Source of the DNA: a virus
Lineage: Duplodnaviria > Caudoviricetes
Reading direction: 5' to 3' (one strand)
Length of the DNA: 37,623 nt
Virus record (IMG/VR): IMGVR_UViG_3300031953_000064
Coordinates: 1 to 37,623 of that record
Program-made: the position numbers and the translations under genes
Shown: positions 1 to 9,225 of the stretch, piece by piece
How positions within the stretch are numbered: the first letter of the stretch is position 1
Layout of the letters: the number at the start of each line of letters is the position of its first letter
Notes under the pieces: model-generated
Database searches by the model: none
The model's input: only the letters and a program-made list of their open reading frames with translations
What the model was told of the DNA's origin: nothing

Positions 1-36
1 ACCATCTTTTTACTTCCACAAAATTCAGGTTTCAAA

Positions 37-420
37 ATGGCCAGGCCAAGAACTCCGACTAACGTGCTGGATGCGAGAGGCGCGTTCGACAAGAACCCCA
101 ATCGCAAGCGCGAAGACCCGGAAGTGGCTGGCCCGTTAAAAGCTGCGCCCGCTCATTTCAGCGAAGACCAAGTTGCGATCTGGAAAGAGCTGGTGAAGGC
201 CGCACCAAAGAACGTGGTCACCGAGTCTGACCGCTTCGCACTGGAGATCGCCGCGCTGTTGCTTCAGCAGTTCCGCAATGACCCGGTTGATTTCACTGCG
301 GCAAAGCTGGTTCGGCTCGAAACACTGCTTGGCAAGTTCGGCATGACGCCATCTGATCGCGCCAAAGTGGCCGGGCCTGTATCGAAAAAGAGCGGCGGCA
401 ACCCATTCGCTGATCTGTAA
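37..420 (+). CDS. terS: Terminase small subunit (P27-like)
   Basis: MARPRTPT N-terminus, FGMTPSDRAKV motif, NPFADL end; stop overlaps terL start (TAATG). Confidence 0.9.
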   Translation: MARPRTPTNVLDARGAFDKNPNRKREDPEVAGPLKAAPAHFSEDQVAIWKELVKAAPKNVVTESDRFALEIAALLLQQFRNDPVDFTAAKLVRLETLLGKFGMTPSDRAKVAGPVSKKSGGNPFADL

Positions 421-2123
421 TGGCTGCAAAACCTGATCACCCATTGGTAGCGAAGGCCGAGGAATACGCTCGGGACGTGATCGCCGGCAAGATCGTGGCA
501 TGCAAATGGATCAAGTTGGCCTGCAAACGGCACATGTCAGATGTGCGCAAGTCTCGCAGAAAGGCGTTCCCGTACAAGTTTGACCCGGCCAAGGCTGAGA
601 AGGTCGCACGCTTCCTGCAATTACTGCCGCACACAAAGGGCAAGTGGGCCAGCAAGCGCGAGCGGATCACCCTGGAGCCGTGGCAACTGTTCGCTGTCTG
701 CATCCCGTTTGGCTGGGTGCAGAAGAAAGACGGCAACCGGCGCTTCCGAACTATCACTGTTTTTGTTCCAAGAAAGAACGGCAAGTCAATCATTGGTGGT
801 GGTGTTGGCGTCTATATGTTCGCCGCTGACGATGAGTTCGGCGCTGAAGTCTATTCAGGTGCCACGACAGAGAAGCAGGCGTGGGAAGTATTCAGGCCAG
901 CCAAGTTAATGGTGGAGCGCACACCGGCCTTGCAGGAACACTACGGCGTTGATGTGAACGCCTCGAACCTGTTTCGCATGGAGGACGGCTCACGCTTCGA
1001 GCCGGTCATTGGTAAGCCTGGCGACGGATCAAGCCCGTCCTGCTCGATTGTTGACGAGTACCACGAGCACCAAGACTCGACACTGTTCGACACGATGGAA
1101 ACCGGCATGGGCGCCCGAGAGCAGCCGATCATGCTGGTGATCACCACGGCAGGCTCAAGCATTGGCGGACCTTGCCACCAGCTGATCCGAGATTGCGAAA
1201 GGATGCTGGAAGGTGTGATTGATCGGCCCGACTTATGGGCAATGCTTTACACCATCGACGAAGGCGACGACTGGACAGACGTTAAGTCCCTGGTCAAAGC
1301 CAATCCGAATTACGGCATTAGCATCAGCGGCGACTTCCTCGAAGCGCGTCAGCGCGATGCCATGCAGTCAGCAGCCAAACAAAGCACCTTCCGCACCAAG
1401 CATCTGAATGAATGGGTCGGCGCTAAAAACGCCTGGCTCAACATGCTGCGGTGGAAGCAGTGCCCGGAACGCAAGAGCCTCAGCGAACTGGAAGGACGGC
1501 CCTGCTATATCGGCCTGGACCTGGCCAGCAAGATCGACATAGCCGGCTTGATACTGGTGTTCCCGCCCACTGAAGGCGACCCACTCTGGCACGTTCACGG
1601 CAGGTACTACTTGCCCGAAGCGCGGGTGATCGAAGAGCTAGACAGCAACACAGGACGCTACCGAGAGTTCGATGCGCTTGGCTTGCTCACCCTGACCGAT
1701 GGCGAGGTGATCGAGTTCGAGGTGATCAAGGAGGATCTGCGCGAGTTCGCCGGACGCTTCGATGTGCAGCAGGTCGCCTATGACCCTTGGCAGGCTACAC
1801 AGCTTGCCCAAGAGATGCAGGCCGAAGGCTTGATGATGGTCGAGGTACGCCAGACCGTCCAGAACATCAGCGAGCCGATGAAAGAACTGGAGGCTCTGGT
1901 GCTGCGCAAGCTGTTGGCGCACGGCGACTGCCCGATCCTCACATGGATGGCCAGCAACGTGGTCGCCAAGCTGGACGCGAAGGACAACATCTACCCGAAC
2001 AAAGAACGGCCCGAGAACAAGATAGACGGCGTTGTCGGGGTGATTATGGCATTGAGCAGAGCAATCGCAGGCGATGAATCAACCGACCTGTCCGACTTCA
2101 TTGGGAGCCCGATAATCGTATGA
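420..2123 (+). CDS. terL: Terminase large subunit
   Basis: LEPWQ, Walker A VPRKNGKS, Walker B IVDEYH, ITTAG, nuclease GLDLAS and KIDG motifs. Confidence 0.97.
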   Translation: MAAKPDHPLVAKAEEYARDVIAGKIVACKWIKLACKRHMSDVRKSRRKAFPYKFDPAKAEKVARFLQLLPHTKGKWASKRERITLEPWQLFAVCIPFGWVQKKDGNRRFRTITVFVPRKNGKSIIGGGVGVYMFAADDEFGAEVYSGATTEKQAWEVFRPAKLMVERTPALQEHYGVDVNASNLFRMEDGSRFEPVIGKPGDGSSPSCSIVDEYHEHQDSTLFDTMETGMGAREQPIMLVITTAGSSIGGPCHQLIRDCERMLEGVIDRPDLWAMLYTIDEGDDWTDVKSLVKANPNYGISISGDFLEARQRDAMQSAAKQSTFRTKHLNEWVGAKNAWLNMLRWKQCPERKSLSELEGRPCYIGLDLASKIDIAGLILVFPPTEGDPLWHVHGRYYLPEARVIEELDSNTGRYREFDALGLLTLTDGEVIEFEVIKEDLREFAGRFDVQQVAYDPWQATQLAQEMQAEGLMMVEVRQTVQNISEPMKELEALVLRKLLAHGDCPILTWMASNVVAKLDAKDNIYPNKERPENKIDGVVGVIMALSRAIAGDESTDLSDFIGSPIIV

Positions 2124-3391
2124 AAGACAAGGCGAAAAAGCCGGGCCGACTGAAGTCAGCCGTCATTGGCTGGTTGGGCCTGAGCGACATGACCCAATGG
2201 GCTAATTGGCAGGGGCGCGAGGCGAAGTCAGGAATAACCGTCACTTCAGAGAAGGCGCTGAGCCTGTCTGCCGTGTGGGCCTGCACGCGCCTGGTATCGC
2301 AGACAATAGCAACTTTGCCTATTGGCCTATATCAGCGAAACCCTGACGGCAGCCGAAAGCTGGCAGACAACCTGAGTATTGCCCGCCTGATCCACTCAAA
2401 ACCCAATGCAGACATGATGGCGGTGACTTTTTGGGAGTCGATGGTGGGCGCGGCATTACTGCACGGCAACGGCTTTGCCGAAAAGCGGCGCAGCGGTGGT
2501 CGCATTGTTGCCCTTGATCTGCTGATCACAGAGAGGTTGTCCTGGCGCAGACTTGAGTCGGGCGCATATCGGTACACATACACCGACGAAAGCGGCCAGC
2601 AAAGGACCATTGAAGAAGACGATATATTCCACGTCCCCGGATTTACCCTTCATGGCCGGTTCGGAATGTCGGTGATCCGCTACGGGACCGAAGTGATCGG
2701 CTCTGCGCTGGCAGCCAATGAGGCGGCAAGCAGCACCTTCAAAAACGGCCTAATGCCGACCACTTATTTCAAGATGGAACAGACCATCAAGAAGGAGCAG
2801 CGCGAAGAGTTCAGGCAGAGCATGGAAAAGATTTCCGGTTCGCTGAATGCCGGCAAGTCTCCGCTTCTTGAGGGCGGCATGGACGTTGGCCAGGTGGGTA
2901 TCAACCCCGCTGACGCTCAGTTGCTTGAGTCTCGCGTGTTCAGTATTGAGGAGGTGTGCCGCTGGTTCGGGGTTCCACCTTCCATGATCGGCGCAACTGA
3001 TAAGGCATCAAGCTGGGCCAGTTCAAGCGAGAGCTTGAATCTGTGGTTCCTGCAGTACGGACTGCGCCCTTGGCTGAAGCGCGTAGAGCAGGCCATATGG
3101 GATCAGCTGCTAACTCCCGTCGAGCAAATAAAGTATTACGCAGAGTTCAGCGTCGAAGGTCTTTTGCGTGCCGATACTGCCGCCCGAACCAGCTTCTACT
3201 CGACTGCGCTTCAAAACGGATGGATGAGCCGCAACGAGGTCCGAATCCTCGAAAACCTGCCGCCCATCACTGGTGGCGAGATATACACCGCTCAATCAAA
3301 CCTGCTGCCGCTGGATATGCTCGGCGGCGGAACAGAATCGCAGGCCGTAAAGGCTGCGTTGATGCACTGGCTTAAAGAGGGCGACCAATGA
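2120..3391 (+). CDS. Portal protein, HK97 family
   Basis: SAVWAC, GNGFA, DAQLLESR, FGVPP, GWMSRNEVRILENLPP motifs; position after terL. Confidence 0.95.
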   Translation: MKDKAKKPGRLKSAVIGWLGLSDMTQWANWQGREAKSGITVTSEKALSLSAVWACTRLVSQTIATLPIGLYQRNPDGSRKLADNLSIARLIHSKPNADMMAVTFWESMVGAALLHGNGFAEKRRSGGRIVALDLLITERLSWRRLESGAYRYTYTDESGQQRTIEEDDIFHVPGFTLHGRFGMSVIRYGTEVIGSALAANEAASSTFKNGLMPTTYFKMEQTIKKEQREEFRQSMEKISGSLNAGKSPLLEGGMDVGQVGINPADAQLLESRVFSIEEVCRWFGVPPSMIGATDKASSWASSSESLNLWFLQYGLRPWLKRVEQAIWDQLLTPVEQIKYYAEFSVEGLLRADTAARTSFYSTALQNGWMSRNEVRILENLPPITGGEIYTAQSNLLPLDMLGGGTESQAVKAALMHWLKEGDQ

Positions 3392-4089
3392 AAACCAAGA
3401 CTGGCGCGATGCAGCGCAAGGCCACGGCCATTCGCACCAAGCATATTGACGTTCCGCTTGAGATCAAGGCTATCAACGAAGATGGCAGCTTCTCTGGCTA
3501 CGGCTCAGTGTTCGGCGTGAAGGACAGTTATGACGAGATCGTAGCCCCCGGCGCTTTCGAGGAAAGCATCAAGGGCCGCATGCCTTCGCTGTTGTGGCAG
3601 CACAAGAGCAGCGAGCCAATCGGCGTTTATACGTCCGTCAAAGAGGATGGCGTGGGGCTTTATGTTGAGGGCCAGCTGGCTCTGAAAACTGTTCGTGGTG
3701 CTGAGGCATACGAACTGATGAAGCTGGGGGCTATATCCGGTATGTCCATTGGGTTCTACACCCGCGAGGACAGCTACGACAACGTGACCGGAATTCGCAC
3801 GCTGAAGAAAGTTGATCTTTGGGAGGTGTCCCTGGTGACCTTCCCGGCAAACGAAGCCGCCCGCATTACTGGAGTTAAAGAGATTATCGAGGAAGGCAAG
3901 CTGCCAAGCCTCAAAGATTTTGAGAGGTTCCTGCGTGAGGCAGGCTTCTCGAAAACGCAGGCCACTGCTGTCGCCAGCAAGGGTCTTGCGCATCTGCTTC
4001 GGAGTGAGTCCGACGCACCGGCGAAAGATGAACTTGCAGACATTCTGGCTGCTATCAAATCCGCCCCGCGTTTGGGCACACAGGAGTAA
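3388..4089 (+). CDS. Prohead maturation protease, HK97 family
   Basis: FSGYGSVF, LLWQH, GMSIGF, EVSLVTFPAN motifs. Confidence 0.95.
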   Translation: MKTKTGAMQRKATAIRTKHIDVPLEIKAINEDGSFSGYGSVFGVKDSYDEIVAPGAFEESIKGRMPSLLWQHKSSEPIGVYTSVKEDGVGLYVEGQLALKTVRGAEAYELMKLGAISGMSIGFYTREDSYDNVTGIRTLKKVDLWEVSLVTFPANEAARITGVKEIIEEGKLPSLKDFERFLREAGFSKTQATAVASKGLAHLLRSESDAPAKDELADILAAIKSAPRLGTQE

Positions 4090-4094
4090 CACCA

Positions 4095-5459
4095 ATGCGA
4101 AACTTTAAGCTTTCGGCAGTATTCATGCTGCTGGTTGTATCACTGCTGGCTATGACCCCTATGGTCTTTGGCCTTTCCCTTGAGGCTGCAGGCGCTTCTC
4201 TCGCTATTGTGGGGATTGCGTCCATGTTGCTGGAGAAGGCGCCCCAAGGTTATCAGGCCCGCACATCTTCCCAGCGTGGTGAAGTAGGCGAGCCTTCAGT
4301 CAAGGACGCGGTTCTTGAAGCAATGAAGAACCACTCAATCGAACTGACCAACGCTATTGCCAAGACTGAGACAGATGTCAAGGAATACGGCAAGGTTCTG
4401 GACTCCACTAAAACCGAGATCGTCACTCTGAGCGAGAAGGGTAACGAGTTCGAGGCCCGCCTGGCCGCTGTCGAGCAGAAGTCAGTACGCGATTCTGGCG
4501 CTCCGCAGAAGCAGAAGTCCCTGGGCGAGATGTTTGTCGAGTCCGATGCTTATAAGCAGTACGCCGGTAAGCAGTATCACAAGGGCCAGTCCTCTCCAAT
4601 GGAGATCAAAGACATCACGTCTGGTGCTGCATCGGGCGGGCCTGGCATCTGGTCTTTCCGTGATCCTGAGATCGTCACCGACCCCTATCGCCCGCGCATG
4701 CTGCGCAGCCTGATCCCTACGGTTCCGGTTGACAGCAATCTGGTCGAATGGGTTCGCACCAACGTACGCACCAACGCCGCCGCAACGGTTGCAGAGGCTG
4801 GCCTCAAGCCCAAGTCTGAACTGACCTACGAGCGCAAGGAAACTGCCGTTCGTAAAATCGCGCATTACTTCAAGACTAGCTCTGAAGTGCTGTCCGACTT
4901 TGCCCGCCTGCAGGCCGAGATCAACAACGAAGGCTTCGAGATGCTTCGCCAGGTCGAAGAAGATCAGTTGATGGCGGGTGACGGCACTGGCACCAACCTG
5001 CTTGGCCTGGTGCCGCAAGCTACGGCGTACAACGTGGCCGCCACTGTAGTGGGTGACCAGCAGGTAGACGTGCTTCGCCGCGCCATCCTGCAGGTTCGTC
5101 AGTCGTTCTACGGCGCAACGGGCATCGTCCTCAACCCTGCCGACTGGGCTGCTATCGAGCTGCTGAAGGATAGTCAGGATCGCTACTTGTTCAGCGGCTC
5201 CGCGGCTGGCGCTCCGGCTCGCCTGTGGGGTCTGCCTGTGGTTGAGTCTGACGCACTGGCTGCTGGCGAATTCATGGTTGGCGCGTTCTCTACTGCCGCG
5301 ACCATCTATGACCGCATGAACTCGGCGGTCTTCATGTCCACCGAGAACGAAGACGACTTCATCTACAACATGGTTTCGATCATGTTTGAAGAGCGTCTGG
5401 CTCTGGCGGTCAAGCGTCCGCTGGCGTTCGTTCACGGCAACCTGACCGGCGCAGTGTAA
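4095..5459 (+). CDS. Major capsid protein, HK97 fold, with hydrophobic N-terminal extension
   Basis: VAEAGLKPKS, GDGTGTNLLG, LNPADW, LWGLPVV, EERLALAVKRPLAFV motifs; SD AGGAG upstream of ATG 4095. Confidence 0.95.
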   Translation: MRNFKLSAVFMLLVVSLLAMTPMVFGLSLEAAGASLAIVGIASMLLEKAPQGYQARTSSQRGEVGEPSVKDAVLEAMKNHSIELTNAIAKTETDVKEYGKVLDSTKTEIVTLSEKGNEFEARLAAVEQKSVRDSGAPQKQKSLGEMFVESDAYKQYAGKQYHKGQSSPMEIKDITSGAASGGPGIWSFRDPEIVTDPYRPRMLRSLIPTVPVDSNLVEWVRTNVRTNAAATVAEAGLKPKSELTYERKETAVRKIAHYFKTSSEVLSDFARLQAEINNEGFEMLRQVEEDQLMAGDGTGTNLLGLVPQATAYNVAATVVGDQQVDVLRRAILQVRQSFYGATGIVLNPADWAAIELLKDSQDRYLFSGSAAGAPARLWGLPVVESDALAAGEFMVGAFSTAATIYDRMNSAVFMSTENEDDFIYNMVSIMFEERLALAVKRPLAFVHGNLTGAV

Positions 5460-5475
5460 CCGGCGAAAATTGATA

Positions 5476-5495
5476 GGCGGGGCTTCGGCCCCGCC
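5476..5495 (+). terminator. GC hairpin after the capsid gene (no U-tract; weak terminator or mRNA stabiliser)
   Basis: GGCGGGGC-TTCG-GCCCCGCC. Confidence 0.6.
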
Positions 5496-5509
5496 CATCT
5501 GGAGGCTTT

Positions 5510-5731
5510 ATGAGCACTAAGGTAGCAATAACAAATCGCCCATTTCAGCGAAGCGACACCAAAGAATACGTCAAGGCTGGCGCCAAGATCGAAGGCACTG
5601 CCGAGTACATAGGCGAGCTAATGGCTAACGGCCTAGCCCGCGAAGTAAAGGTTCAACGGGAGATGGAGACAAAAGCTCCTGAGCCCAAGGCCAAGCCGGC
5701 AGCAAAGCCTGCCACCAAAAAGGCTGACTAA
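5510..5731 (+). CDS. Small head-associated hypothetical protein, Lys/Ala/Pro-rich C-terminus
   Basis: SD GGAGG; position between capsid and connector. Confidence 0.75.
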   Translation: MSTKVAITNRPFQRSDTKEYVKAGAKIEGTAEYIGELMANGLAREVKVQREMETKAPEPKAKPAAKPATKKAD

Positions 5732-5733
5732 TC

Positions 5734-6075
5734 ATGTCCGTGATCGCTATCGAGATTGCCATGATCCACACGCGGGCTGAAGCAGAAGACCAGCCGATGG
5801 TGCAAACCTATCTCGATGCGGCAGAGGATCATGCGGCGCAGTTCTTGGGGCGCAAGTTCTACCCTGACCAGACGGCCCTCGATGACGCCGTTATCGCTGA
5901 GACTGCCGGGCTTGAGCCGATAGTGGTCAACCCTTCGATCACTGCGGCATGCCTGTTGATTACCGGACATCTGTTTGCAAACCGTGAAGACGTAGTTGTC
6001 GGCAGTATATCCAGCGCTTTGCCGCGAGGCTCAGAGCATTTGCTGTTTCCGTATCGCATAGGGCTGGGCGTCTGA
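5734..6075 (+). CDS. Head-tail connector (HK97 gp6-like)
   Basis: AACLLITGHLFANRE, LLFPYR motifs. Confidence 0.9.
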   Translation: MSVIAIEIAMIHTRAEAEDQPMVQTYLDAAEDHAAQFLGRKFYPDQTALDDAVIAETAGLEPIVVNPSITAACLLITGHLFANREDVVVGSISSALPRGSEHLLFPYRIGLGV

Positions 6076-6623
6076 TGCGCGCCGGATCGCTAAGACACCG
6101 CGCCGAGATACTGGAGCTTAGCCCGGATCTCTGCCCGGTAGTTGTCTCGGGCGTATGGCTGGCTATCAACGCCAAGGAGTCAGCAGAGCCGCCCATGCCC
6201 ACCAGCCTGCGCAGTGGAGCAAAGGTTGATATTCGTGCGCGCTATAGCTCCAAGCTGTTCCAGGGTCGCTACCTGCGCCACGGTGACCGGCTGTTCTACA
6301 TCACCAGCGTGCGCGACCCGGTAGGCGACAAGGCCGAACTGCGCATCACTGCCGAGGAACTGGTAGGAGCACCGGCTCAATATCTGCCGCAAGACATGGC
6401 GCCGAGATCCTGCCGCGTGCTGATCCAGCATGAGGCGCCCTGGCTGGACGATATGGGAGCCGTGACCGACTACAAGACACGCGGCGAAGTCGCAATCATT
6501 GAGGCTGGCCGCGTTCAGATTGGCGATCAACTGTCACTATCTGGCGTCACATACAACGTCATCGCATACGCAGATGGATCTGATGACGGCGTGGTGCGCG
6601 GGCTTTGGCTGGAAGCGCAGTGA
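6075..6623 (+). CDS. Head closure/adaptor protein (SPP1 gp16-like N-domain plus an extra C-domain)
   Basis: MRAGSLRHR start, IRARY...LFYITSV; coupled to the connector. Confidence 0.75.
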   Translation: MRAGSLRHRAEILELSPDLCPVVVSGVWLAINAKESAEPPMPTSLRSGAKVDIRARYSSKLFQGRYLRHGDRLFYITSVRDPVGDKAELRITAEELVGAPAQYLPQDMAPRSCRVLIQHEAPWLDDMGAVTDYKTRGEVAIIEAGRVQIGDQLSLSGVTYNVIAYADGSDDGVVRGLWLEAQ

Positions 6624-7189
6624 GAGTATCAGTCAACCCTGTTGGCTTTGCCGCAGCCAGCCGCAAATTAAGCGAGGCAGGTCGCAAGATCGACCCGGCA
6701 CTGAGAGGCGCACTTAACACCACGGCCACGAAGACGCGATCAGAACGGTTTGTAAAGCCGCTGCGCACGACCATCAAGGGCAAGCGATTACGGCCCGCAC
6801 TGAAGGTAAAGCGAGCCAATACGCGCAGGACCGAATCAAGGATTATCCCGTCATCATCAGGGATATTGGTTACTCAGTATTCCAAATGGGGCTTTGACGC
6901 CATTGACGCGACCAGGGCGCGGATATGGGTCATGGGGCTGAATGGCAAGAAGATAGCCGCAGGCTTTGTTAACCCATCAAGCGTTGGCCGTAAGCCGCTG
7001 ATCACTCGCACATCTAAGCGCGGCAGATCGCGGACCTATACCTACAACAAGAAATTGCAGGAAGCCATGGGGCCGTCAGCCGCCTATTGGTTCAAGCAGC
7101 TTGCTGGGCCGGCAACACTTAACTGGACCAGTGCCTTTCTCCAGAAAGAGTTTCAGCGCCGTATCGAGATTGAACTGAGGAAGCCATGA
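6620..7189 (+). CDS. Tail completion protein (lambda gpZ-like, basic)
   Basis: ALNTTATKTRS, very basic; GTG start overlapping previous stop (GTGA). Confidence 0.6.
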   Translation: MRVSVNPVGFAAASRKLSEAGRKIDPALRGALNTTATKTRSERFVKPLRTTIKGKRLRPALKVKRANTRRTESRIIPSSSGILVTQYSKWGFDAIDATRARIWVMGLNGKKIAAGFVNPSSVGRKPLITRTSKRGRSRTYTYNKKLQEAMGPSAAYWFKQLAGPATLNWTSAFLQKEFQRRIEIELRKP

Positions 7190-7614
7190 GCAGAGCCACC
7201 GAACTGACAGACGCAGTTGAGTCTGCGCTGCGTGAGATCACGCCCACAGGCTTTAGCACCGACATCAAGGCCGTGTATGGGGTCGGTGAGATAAAGCCCG
7301 ACAAGGCGCCGCTGCCGTGCCTGTTGGTGCGCATTGACTCTGACGCTGGAACTGATCGCGTAGGCGTCAAGGTTAAACGCTCAATCGAATATCAGATCGA
7401 GGCCGTGTTCCCGCGCACGGCGACATTGCAGGAATTGCAGCTCTGCCACCACGACATACTCCGCGCACTTGGTTATGGGCAATTACGCCCTGATCGACCG
7501 CTTGCGCCTGGCTGGGTGGGCGAAGAGTCCGCCGAGTTTGATATGGCAGCCGAGGGAGGCACGCACCGCACCGTCACTGCCAGCATCGGTATCGAGTACA
7601 TCGAAACGTACTAA
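7186..7614 (+). CDS. Tail terminator protein (gpU-like)
   Basis: Size, acidic composition, position just before the tail tube gene. Confidence 0.6.
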   Translation: MSRATELTDAVESALREITPTGFSTDIKAVYGVGEIKPDKAPLPCLLVRIDSDAGTDRVGVKVKRSIEYQIEAVFPRTATLQELQLCHHDILRALGYGQLRPDRPLAPGWVGEESAEFDMAAEGGTHRTVTASIGIEYIETY

Positions 7615-7634
7615 CCCCTAATTACCCCAACCCC

Positions 7635-7660
7635 AACCCGCCATGTGCGGGTTTTTTTAT
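7635..7660 (+). terminator. Rho-independent terminator
   Basis: AACCCGC-CATGT-GCGGGTT followed by T-run. Confidence 0.8.
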
Positions 7661-7678
7661 GTCCAGAGGAAACACGCA

Positions 7679-8203
7679 ATGGCTAATTATGCATACATGG
7701 GCAAGGGCATTGTGTCCCTCACTCCCGAAGCTGGCGGCGCCGCCCGAGATATTGGCAACGTCTCAGCGCTGACATTCAACATCAACGAGAACATCATCAA
7801 GCTCCCGAACTACCGCACAGCAGGCGGCGGCACTTACGCATCAGTCAACCGCATCGAGTCCGTCGAATTTACGGCCACTTTGCACGACCTGAGCCCTGAG
7901 AACCTGAGCATGGTTCTGTTCGGCACCGTGACCACGGATGTCAGCACCGCCACTATCGAGGCGCTGACTACTGGCGCGCAGACGTTCGAGATGGTGTTTG
8001 CTGGCGTGAACGAAGCAGCCACTGGCCGCACCGTGACCGTGACTGTGCACCGGGCGAAGATCGGCGCAGCGCAAGGGCTTGGCTTTATCGGCGACGAGTT
8101 CGGCGCGCTGGAGATTACCGGCGAAGTCCTGATCGACACCAGCATCGTCACAGCCGGTTTGTCGCAGTTCTTTAAGGTGGTCATGGATACTGAAGCGGCG
8201 TAA
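7679..8203 (+). CDS. Major tail tube protein
   Basis: IGNVSALTF, LHDLSPENL, IGDEFGALEITG; SD GAGGA before ATG 7679. Confidence 0.85.
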   Translation: MANYAYMGKGIVSLTPEAGGAARDIGNVSALTFNINENIIKLPNYRTAGGGTYASVNRIESVEFTATLHDLSPENLSMVLFGTVTTDVSTATIEALTTGAQTFEMVFAGVNEAATGRTVTVTVHRAKIGAAQGLGFIGDEFGALEITGEVLIDTSIVTAGLSQFFKVVMDTEAA

Positions 8204-8208
8204 GCCGT

Positions 8209-8237
8209 TTGGCTAACACGTCAGGCGGTGCTACATT
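8209..8237 (+). promoter_or_regulatory. sigma70-type promoter of moron
   Basis: TTGGCT-N17-TACATT with extended -10 TGn. Confidence 0.6.
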
Positions 8238-8265
8238 CCTCTCTGTCTATCAGGGAGGAATGTAT

Positions 8266-8820
8266 ATGCGGATTCTGCTTGCCACTCTAATCCTGTGCTT
8301 ATTGCCAACCGCCGCTAGCGCTCAATCTGTGCATCGGTGTGTAGACGCTACGGGTAAGGTAGCCTTCACTCAGGCGGGCTGCGGCACTGTCCTAAAGCCA
8401 GATCAGGTGTACGACGCAACCAATGTGGCGCCGAGCGGAGGCTCGGAGGTAGTACCATACGGGCGCGTGCCAGAGCCGCGCGCGCAGTCTCAGCAATCGC
8501 GCGAGCCAAGATATAAAGTGGTTGGCCCTAACGGAAGTTGCAGAGCGACAGGGACGCAGAGCGAGGCCTATAGGAACGGCTACCCGTCGCGTGGTATGTC
8601 TATTGCTCAAGTGCGATCCATGTACGGTGCGCCAGATCAGGTTTCCGCATCAAGTAATGGATATCTCAGGCACACTTGGTACAGCACAGACACGCTACCA
8701 ATGCGCAGTGTGAGTTACGACGAGAATCAGTGCGTAGCAGAGGTTTTCGCCAGCCAGAGATACAACAGGGAGCCAGAAAGACGGCAGCCTGGAACGCGAG
8801 CTAATACAGTTCGGCGCTAA
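8266..8820 (+). CDS. Secreted moron protein: signal peptide, DUF4124-like N-domain, SmpA/BamE-like C-motif
   Basis: MRILLATLILCLLPTAASA|Q signal; VHRCVDATGKVAFTQAGC; GMSIAQVRSMYGAP; SD GGAGG. Confidence 0.75.
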   Translation: MRILLATLILCLLPTAASAQSVHRCVDATGKVAFTQAGCGTVLKPDQVYDATNVAPSGGSEVVPYGRVPEPRAQSQQSREPRYKVVGPNGSCRATGTQSEAYRNGYPSRGMSIAQVRSMYGAPDQVSASSNGYLRHTWYSTDTLPMRSVSYDENQCVAEVFASQRYNREPERRQPGTRANTVRR

Positions 8821-8837
8821 GCGACACAATTCAAACC

Positions 8838-8860
8838 AACCCGCCCAGGCGGGTTTTTTA
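8838..8860 (+). terminator. Rho-independent terminator of moron
   Basis: AACCCGCC-CA-GGCGGGTT followed by T-run. Confidence 0.8.
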
Positions 8861-8877
8861 TTGCCTGGAGTTTATCA

Positions 8878-9225
8878 ATGACCCACGAAATCCTATTTCC
8901 TCAGCGCGAGTTCGTAATGATGTGCGGCAAAAAGGTGGAGGTTATGCCGGTGCGCTTTGTCGATTTCGAGCGATTCGGCAAGGCTGCTGGGAATGCAATC
9001 GCTATGGCAGCCAGCCAGACGGTCGAGCAGCTGTATGTCTACGCCAGCAAGTCGGGCGTGCTGCTGGATATTCTCGGCACCTGTACCAGCCTCAGCAAAT
9101 GGCGAATCAAACGTCTGCCGGCCGTGGTTGCTGTTCAGTTGATGTTTGAGGTGATCCGAATCAATAAGGATTTTTTCGAGCAAGCCCTGGTAAGCGCGGA
9201 GAAGGCGCTGGCTGGGGCGCAGTAG
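8878..9225 (+). CDS. Tail assembly chaperone (gpG-like)
   Basis: Between tail tube and tape measure genes; SD GGAG; slippery site near the 3' end. Confidence 0.8.
   Translation: MTHEILFPQREFVMMCGKKVEVMPVRFVDFERFGKAAGNAIAMAASQTVEQLYVYASKSGVLLDILGTCTSLSKWRIKRLPAVVAVQLMFEVIRINKDFFEQALVSAEKALAGAQ

Noticed and set aside
4265-4290. SQRG|EVG resembling a prepilin peptidase site in the capsid leader
   Set aside because: Not followed by the hydrophobic F/M-x-x-x-E helix required for class III signals
4482-5498. 338-aa antisense ORF
   Set aside because: Shadow of the codon-biased capsid gene; no motifs or SD
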